NCBI GenBank assembly: GCA_023267735.1
Contig: JAHFMT010000004.1
Span: forward strand, 1-41,271
DNA: 41,271 nucleotides
Direction: 5' to 3'
DNA from: Candidatus Kaiserbacteria bacterium
GTDB taxonomy: Bacteria; Patescibacteriota; Minisyncoccia; Phycocordibacterales; Phycocordibacteraceae
The notes beneath the pieces are model-generated. The model searched no databases. It had not been told where the DNA came from and saw only the letters and a list, made by a program, of their open reading frames with translations. Of the stretch, positions 36,819 to 41,271 are shown piece after piece; the stretch's first letter is position 1; each line of letters starts with the position of its first letter. The translations under genes and the position numbers were made by a program.

Positions 36819-36932
36819 ATTTATGCAGGGTCTAGTAGAGTAGCCAAGTCGCTACGTACGGCTTTGGCCGGACCAATGGCCGGAAAGTCTTTCCAGACTC
36901 TACGCGCTATTGAGGCGCGCTTTATTTTTTCC
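36819..36932 (+). promoter_or_regulatory. Structured leader upstream of rplC ending in a GC hairpin plus U-tract
   Basis: GTAGAGT (36835-36841) pairs with ACTCTAC (36897-36903), enclosing small hairpins. CGCGC-TATTGAG-GCGCG (36903-36919) is followed by TTTATTTTTT and the ATG at 36933. Confidence 0.35.
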
Positions 36933-37550
36933 ATGAAATTCATTCTCGCGCGTAAAAAGGGCATGACCCAGATCTTCACTGAAGAAGGTCGTGCTATTCC
37001 TGGTACCGTACTTTCTGCGGGACCTCTTACCGTTACTCAGGTAAAAACTGTTGATTCTGATGGATATTCTGCAGTTCAGGTAGGTTTTGATACCCAGAAG
37101 GAAAGCCGTCTTTCCAAGCCAGTGCGCGGTCACCTTAAGGGCAAGGCATTTAAGGCATTTAAGGAATTCCGTGTTGAAAACGCTGGTGATTTTGCTCTTG
37201 ATGCTGAAATCAAGGCTGATACGTTTGCGGTTGGGGATGTGGTTGCTGTGTCTGGCATCACGAAGGGTAAGGGCTTTGCGGGTGTAGTGAAGCGCCATGG
37301 GTTCCATGGTGGTCCTCGCTCACACGGTCAGAAGCACTCTGAGCGTGAGGCAGGTTCTATTGGTGGTGGCCCTGGCCGTGCAGGCGGTCGTGTGGCCCCT
37401 GGTATGCGTATGGCAGGCCGTATGGGCTCTGATCGCGTAACCGTGAAGAATCTCAAGGTTATCGCTATTGATGCCGCAGCAAACGAAATCATCGTTTCTG
37501 GTGCAGTGCCAGGTGCACGCGGCTCCTTGGTAGAAGTCGTTTCCGCATAA
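36933..37550 (+). CDS. rplC: 50S ribosomal protein L3
   Basis: 205 aa from ATG 36933 (MKFILARKKGMTQIF). GKGFAGVVKRHGF motif. Confidence 0.96.
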   Translation: MKFILARKKGMTQIFTEEGRAIPGTVLSAGPLTVTQVKTVDSDGYSAVQVGFDTQKESRLSKPVRGHLKGKAFKAFKEFRVENAGDFALDAEIKADTFAVGDVVAVSGITKGKGFAGVVKRHGFHGGPRSHGQKHSEREAGSIGGGPGRAGGRVAPGMRMAGRMGSDRVTVKNLKVIAIDAAANEIIVSGAVPGARGSLVEVVSA

Positions 37551-37560
37551 TCTTTTACGT

Positions 37561-38277
37561 ATGGCTACTACAAAAACAACTAAGAAGACCACCAAGAAGG
37601 CAGCCGCTGGAGCTCTTTCTGCTCCGGTATACAGCATGGCTGGCAAGGAAGCGGGAACTATTGAGCTCCCTGCAGCATTTTTTGATGCAGCATGGAACGG
37701 TGACCTGGTGTCCCAGGTGGTAAACGGCATGCAGGCAAACGCTCGTCCTGTGGTGGCAAATACCAAGGGTCGTGGCGAAGTGCGTGGTGGTGGTAAGAAG
37801 CCTTGGAAACAGAAGGGTACTGGCCGTGCACGTCATGGTTCTAGCCGTTCTCCAATTTGGGTAGGTGGTGGTATTACGCATGGTCCAACTTCCGAGCGTG
37901 TATTTTCAGTAAAGATCAATCGCAAGATGCGTGTTGCAGCACTTGCATCAGTACTTACCCGCAAGTTCAAGGATGGTGAAATCGTCTTTGTAGATAAGTT
38001 CGCCTTTGCTATGCCAAAGAGTAAGGATGCTGCTGCGGCACTTGCTGCACTTGGCAAGGCTGCTAACGCAGCGCTTGCTGCTAAGAAGGGCGCATCTGCC
38101 GTGATTGCACTTGGTGGTCGCGATACAAACACTGAAAAGAGCCTCCGCAACCTTAAGCACGTGCTTGTGTCAGAGGTTCGTTCAATCAACCCAGCAGTGC
38201 TTCTTGCACACCGTTACCTCGTGATTGAGCGCCCAACTGAGGCACTTGCAGCACTCACTAAGCGTGTAACCAAATAA
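37561..38277 (+). CDS. rplD: 50S ribosomal protein L4 with a Lys/Thr-rich N-terminal extension
   Basis: 238 aa. KPWKQKGTGRARHGS motif. N-terminus MATTKTTKKTTKKAAAGA. Confidence 0.95.
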   Translation: MATTKTTKKTTKKAAAGALSAPVYSMAGKEAGTIELPAAFFDAAWNGDLVSQVVNGMQANARPVVANTKGRGEVRGGGKKPWKQKGTGRARHGSSRSPIWVGGGITHGPTSERVFSVKINRKMRVAALASVLTRKFKDGEIVFVDKFAFAMPKSKDAAAALAALGKAANAALAAKKGASAVIALGGRDTNTEKSLRNLKHVLVSEVRSINPAVLLAHRYLVIERPTEALAALTKRVTK

Positions 38278-38280
38278 TTT

Positions 38281-38658
38281 ATGGGACTTTTCTCTCGCAC
38301 CACTAAGACTGCAAAAAAGACTTCTACCAAGAAGGCTGCTTCTGCAACCACCATTGTCCTTCCAAAGGATGCGTCCGGAACACTCCATGATGTTATTCGT
38401 GCTCCATGGCTTTCTGAGAAGGCACTTATTGGCACTGAACATGGTGTATACGTATTTGCAGTTCCGCCTGAAGCAACGGGTCGTGATATCGCGCTCGCGG
38501 TTGCAAAGCTCTATGGCGTAACGCCACGCAAGGTAAATGTAGTAAACCTTCCTGCAAAGAAGAAGACACTCCGCACGCGTCGTGGTGTTGGTACGCGCGC
38601 ACGTCGCCACAAGGCGTATGTGTACCTCAAGAAGGGTGATACCCTCCAGTTTGCGTAA
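38281..38658 (+). CDS. rplW: 50S ribosomal protein L23 with an N-terminal extension
   Basis: 125 aa. Core VIRAPWLSEKA...FAV...KAYV.L. N-terminus TTKTAKKTSTKKAASA. Confidence 0.93.
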   Translation: MGLFSRTTKTAKKTSTKKAASATTIVLPKDASGTLHDVIRAPWLSEKALIGTEHGVYVFAVPPEATGRDIALAVAKLYGVTPRKVNVVNLPAKKKTLRTRRGVGTRARRHKAYVYLKKGDTLQFA

Positions 38659-38675
38659 TCTGTAGCCTTATTCGT

Positions 38676-39524
38676 ATGAAATCCTACCGCCCAACAACAA
38701 AAAGCCGTCGCTTCATGACTACGCTCCCTTTCAAGGAGCTCCTTTCTGGCGACAAGCCAACGAAGGCATTGATGCGCAACAAGAAGCGCCAGGCAGGTCG
38801 TAACGGCTTTGGTCGCATCACGACTCGTCACCAGGGTGGTGGTCACAAGCGCCGTCTTCGTGATGTTGATTTCAGCTACGACAAGAAGAATATTCCTGCA
38901 CGTGTTGAAACCATTGAGTACGATCCATATCGTTCTGCATTCATCGCTTTGGTGGTGTACGCAGACGGTGAGCGTCGCTACGTTATCGCACCGAAGGGTC
39001 TTACAGTAGGGACGACATTTATGGTGTCTGAGGATGCCGCTATTACAGCAGGCAACCGTACGCCACTTGGCCGCATTCCGGTAGGTACCTTTATCTACAA
39101 CATTGAATTGCAGCCACGTGCGGGTGCACGTTTGGTACGCAGCGCAGGTAACTACGCTGAAGTGATTGCACACGATGCTGGCTTTGCCCTCATCAAGATG
39201 CCTTCTACGGAAGTACGTAAGGTATCTGACTTGTGCTGGGCATCAATCGGTTCTGTCGGTAACGAAGAGCATAACCTCGTCGTTATCGGTAAGGCAGGCC
39301 GCTCCCGTTGGATGGGTATCCGCCCAACGGTGCGTGGTACTGCCATGAACCCGGTTGACCACCCACACGGTGGTGGTGAAGGTAAGCAGGGCCGTGGTCT
39401 GAAGCGTGCCAAGAGTCTCTGGGGCAAGCCAACCGGCAAGGGCCAGAAGACGCGTACGCCGCAGAAGTATTCCAACGTCTTTATTGTGTCTCGCCGCAAG
39501 GTCGGCAAGCGCAAGAAGGGCTAG
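38676..39524 (+). CDS. rplB: 50S ribosomal protein L2
   Basis: 282 aa. GRNGFGRITTRHQGGGHKR, RGTAMNPVDHPHGGGEG. Confidence 0.97.
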   Translation: MKSYRPTTKSRRFMTTLPFKELLSGDKPTKALMRNKKRQAGRNGFGRITTRHQGGGHKRRLRDVDFSYDKKNIPARVETIEYDPYRSAFIALVVYADGERRYVIAPKGLTVGTTFMVSEDAAITAGNRTPLGRIPVGTFIYNIELQPRAGARLVRSAGNYAEVIAHDAGFALIKMPSTEVRKVSDLCWASIGSVGNEEHNLVVIGKAGRSRWMGIRPTVRGTAMNPVDHPHGGGEGKQGRGLKRAKSLWGKPTGKGQKTRTPQKYSNVFIVSRRKVGKRKKG

Positions 39525-39594
39525 TGCGGGGCTGGTTTACAAGGTCCGCGAGCGCAATGAGGCCTCCGGATCGGTGCCGAAAACCTCGGTATCG

Positions 39595-39623
39595 TTGACA
39601 TTACTAATCGTTTCCGTTAGATT
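39595..39623 (+). promoter_or_regulatory. Internal sigma70-type promoter in the rplB-rpsS spacer
   Basis: TTGACA-17 nt-TAGATT. The predicted 5' end is at hairpin CCCGC-GTG-GCGGG (39632-39644), followed by TATTTATTTCAC and the ATG. Confidence 0.5.
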
Positions 39624-39656
39624 TCACGTATCCCGCGTGGCGGGTATTTATTTCAC

Positions 39657-39995
39657 ATGTCTCGGTCAATTAAAAAAGGTCCCTTCGTGGACATCAAGCT
39701 CTTGAAGAAAATCGAAGGCAAAAAGCCGTCGGGTTCTTCAGCGATCAAGACCTGGGCCCGCCGCTCACAGATCAGTCCAGAAATGGTTGGTTTTACCTTT
39801 GCCGTACACAATGGCAAGTCATTTATTGATGTAATCGTTTCTGAGGAAATGGTAGGGCACCGTCTTGGTGAATTTTCACCTACCAAGAAGTTTATCCGTC
39901 ACGGCGGTAAGATGCAGAAAGAGCTTGAGGTGAAGAAACAGGAGGCTGATATTGCTGCAGCAAAGGCAGCAAAGGCGCCAGCAGATAAGAAATAG
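39657..39995 (+). CDS. rpsS: 30S ribosomal protein S19 with a Lys/Ala-rich C-terminal extension
   Basis: 112 aa. [28 protein letters not shown]. Tail [20 protein letters not shown]. Confidence 0.95.
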   Translation: MSRSIKKGPFVDIKLLKKIEGKKPSGSSAIKTWARRSQISPEMVGFTFAVHNGKSFIDVIVSEEMVGHRLGEFSPTKKFIRHGGKMQKELEVKKQEADIAAAKAAKAPADKK

Positions 39996-40006
39996 TTTTA
40001 CGTACC

Positions 40007-40402
40007 ATGGCCACCTCCACAAAAAAGACTACGAAGAAAGTTGCTGCTCCTAAGAAGGCAGAGGCAGCAGTGCTTAAGGGCGCGACCGCTGAGCTTTCTG
40101 GATACCCACAGTCTCCACGTAAAGTGCGTTTGGTCACTGACCTTATAAAGGGCAAGAAGCTCCCTGAAGCATTTATCGCACTCTCATTCCTTCCAAAGCG
40201 TGCGGCGCTTCCTATCAAGAAGCTTATTGAAAGCGCTGCAGCGAGTGCTGCCGCAAAGGGCGATGATATTACTCAGTTGCGCGTAAAGTCCATCACCGTT
40301 GATAACGGTGGGGTCATGGTGCGCTACATGCCACGTGCTATGGGTCGTGCAACGCCGATTCGTCGTCGTCGCAGTCTTGTACGCGTCATCCTTGCCGCAT
40401 AA
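40007..40402 (+). CDS. rplV: 50S ribosomal protein L22 with a Lys/Thr-rich N-terminal extension
   Basis: 131 aa. Core SPRKVRLVTDLIKGK...VDNGG..KR..PRAMGRA. N-terminus MATSTKKTTKKVAAPKKAEAA. Confidence 0.94.
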   Translation: MATSTKKTTKKVAAPKKAEAAVLKGATAELSGYPQSPRKVRLVTDLIKGKKLPEAFIALSFLPKRAALPIKKLIESAAASAAAKGDDITQLRVKSITVDNGGVMVRYMPRAMGRATPIRRRRSLVRVILAA

Positions 40403-40409
40403 CCTTTTT

Positions 40410-41117
40410 ATGACACACACTGTACATCCTTACGCACACCGCCTCGGCATCATCCGTGATTGGAAGAGCCGCTGGTTTGCTGCTGGCAAGAAGAATTTCC
40501 GCGAGAACATTCGCGTAGATGCTGCTATCCGTGCCTTTATCGCAAAGCGTCTTCGCTCTATGTACATCGGTAACGTTGAAATTGAGCGCACCGACAGTGA
40601 GCTCCGCATCATCATCCACACCGCACGTCCAGGATTGGTTATCGGTCGCTCGGGTGAGAACGCAGTAAAGCTGCGTAAGCAAATGGGTGAGGTGGTACAC
40701 ACCGCAGCTCCTGCCGACAAGCGTGCCGTAAAGATTGATATCGTAGAGATTCGTCAGGCAGAAACCAATGCTGCAGTGGTGGCATACATGGTTGCTGAAG
40801 GTCTTGAGAAGCGTATGCCATTCCGTCGCATCCTTAAGCAGACGGTGGAGAAGGTAATGGCGGTACGCGAAGTACAGGGTGTACGTATCGTGGTATCAGG
40901 ACGCCTTGGTGGCGCTGAGATGTCTCGTCGTGAAGAGATCAAGCGTGGTCGTATTCCACTTCAGACCTTCCGTGCAGACATTGATTTCGCGACCGAGAAG
41001 GCATACCTCCCGTACGGCGTTATCGGCGTAAAGGTGTGGATCTACCAGGGCAACATTTATCCTGGTATGGAACGCCGTCAGGCTGAGGCTCGCCCTGCAG
41101 CGCCAGCTCGCGCATAA
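40410..41117 (+). CDS. rpsC: 30S ribosomal protein S3
   Basis: 235 aa from ATG 40410 (MTHTVHPYAHRLGIIRDWKSRWFA). KH domain GRSGENAVKLRK, GRLGGAEMSRRE. Confidence 0.96.
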   Translation: MTHTVHPYAHRLGIIRDWKSRWFAAGKKNFRENIRVDAAIRAFIAKRLRSMYIGNVEIERTDSELRIIIHTARPGLVIGRSGENAVKLRKQMGEVVHTAAPADKRAVKIDIVEIRQAETNAAVVAYMVAEGLEKRMPFRRILKQTVEKVMAVREVQGVRIVVSGRLGGAEMSRREEIKRGRIPLQTFRADIDFATEKAYLPYGVIGVKVWIYQGNIYPGMERRQAEARPAAPARA

Positions 41118-41127
41118 TATTTTTCGT

Positions 41128-41271
41128 ATGTTGTTTCCCAAGAAAGTAAAACACCGAAAGTGGCAGACCAATCGCAAGAGCGAGAAGCGTTTGGCACGCC
41201 CAGAGACTCGCGGTATCACCATCGCGTTTGGTTCTCACGGTCTTAAGGCAATTTCCGCATCTCGTGTTACC
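41128..41271 (+). CDS. rplP: 50S ribosomal protein L16, N-terminal part (runs off the window)
   Basis: MLFPKKVKHRKWQTNRKSEKRLARPETRGITIAFGSHGLKAISASRVT is the typical L16 start. Confidence 0.92.
   Translation, partial: MLFPKKVKHRKWQTNRKSEKRLARPETRGITIAFGSHGLKAISASRVT

Noticed and set aside
39406-39705. A 99-aa plus-strand ORF bridging the rplB 3' end, the spacer and the rpsS 5' end.
   Set aside because: It is out of frame with two highly conserved r-protein genes. The spacer is better explained by a promoter plus a leader hairpin.

Overview
This is a dense, mostly housekeeping chromosomal segment. By gene content and protein style it looks like a reduced-genome, Patescibacteria/CPR-like (Parcubacteria-type) bacterium; that placement is inference only. 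It uses the standard genetic code: conserved genes are intact and TGA serves as a stop, including in ATGA overlaps.

Content from 5' to 3':
- XerC/D recombinase tail, xth and cca.
- Four tRNAs (Arg-UCG, Gly-GCC, Pro-UGG, Gly-UCC), none with an encoded CCA.
- A secreted trypsin-like protease, a VanY-type carboxypeptidase and a disrupted-looking DUF1003 gene.
- Lower-glycolysis genes: gpmI-eno, pyk, and later tpiA-pgk.
- rarA, hup, rny, clpP, ppa and nusA.
- A type IV pilus block: pilB, pilC and three minor pilins of PilV/PilW/PilX type.
- A HIT protein, RNase HI, Fe/Mn SOD, rpmB and an M50 protease.
- The str/S10 ribosomal superoperon: rpsL-rpsG, fusA, tuf, rpsJ, then rplC-rplD-rplW-rplB, then rpsS-rplV-rpsC-rplP (partial).

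I recognise no CRISPR array, transposase, prophage or known defence system.

The unusual signal is architectural, in three parts:
1. Seven to eight small orphan genes sit as self-contained promoter/SD/ORF/terminator cassettes between core genes, one of them splitting rpsJ from rplC. They are essentially the only genes here with clear Shine-Dalgarno sites, and several have visibly different codon usage.
2. Core genes fall into two SD-less classes. One is apparently leaderless, with four exact TATACT-N6-ATG cases. The other has a 5'-terminal GC hairpin followed by a U-rich tract and then ATG.
3. The ribosomal superoperon is cut into several units by canonical terminators and an internal promoter, and several r-proteins carry a shared Lys/Thr/Ala-rich extension.

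All functional calls come from motif recognition by eye. No database search was run.
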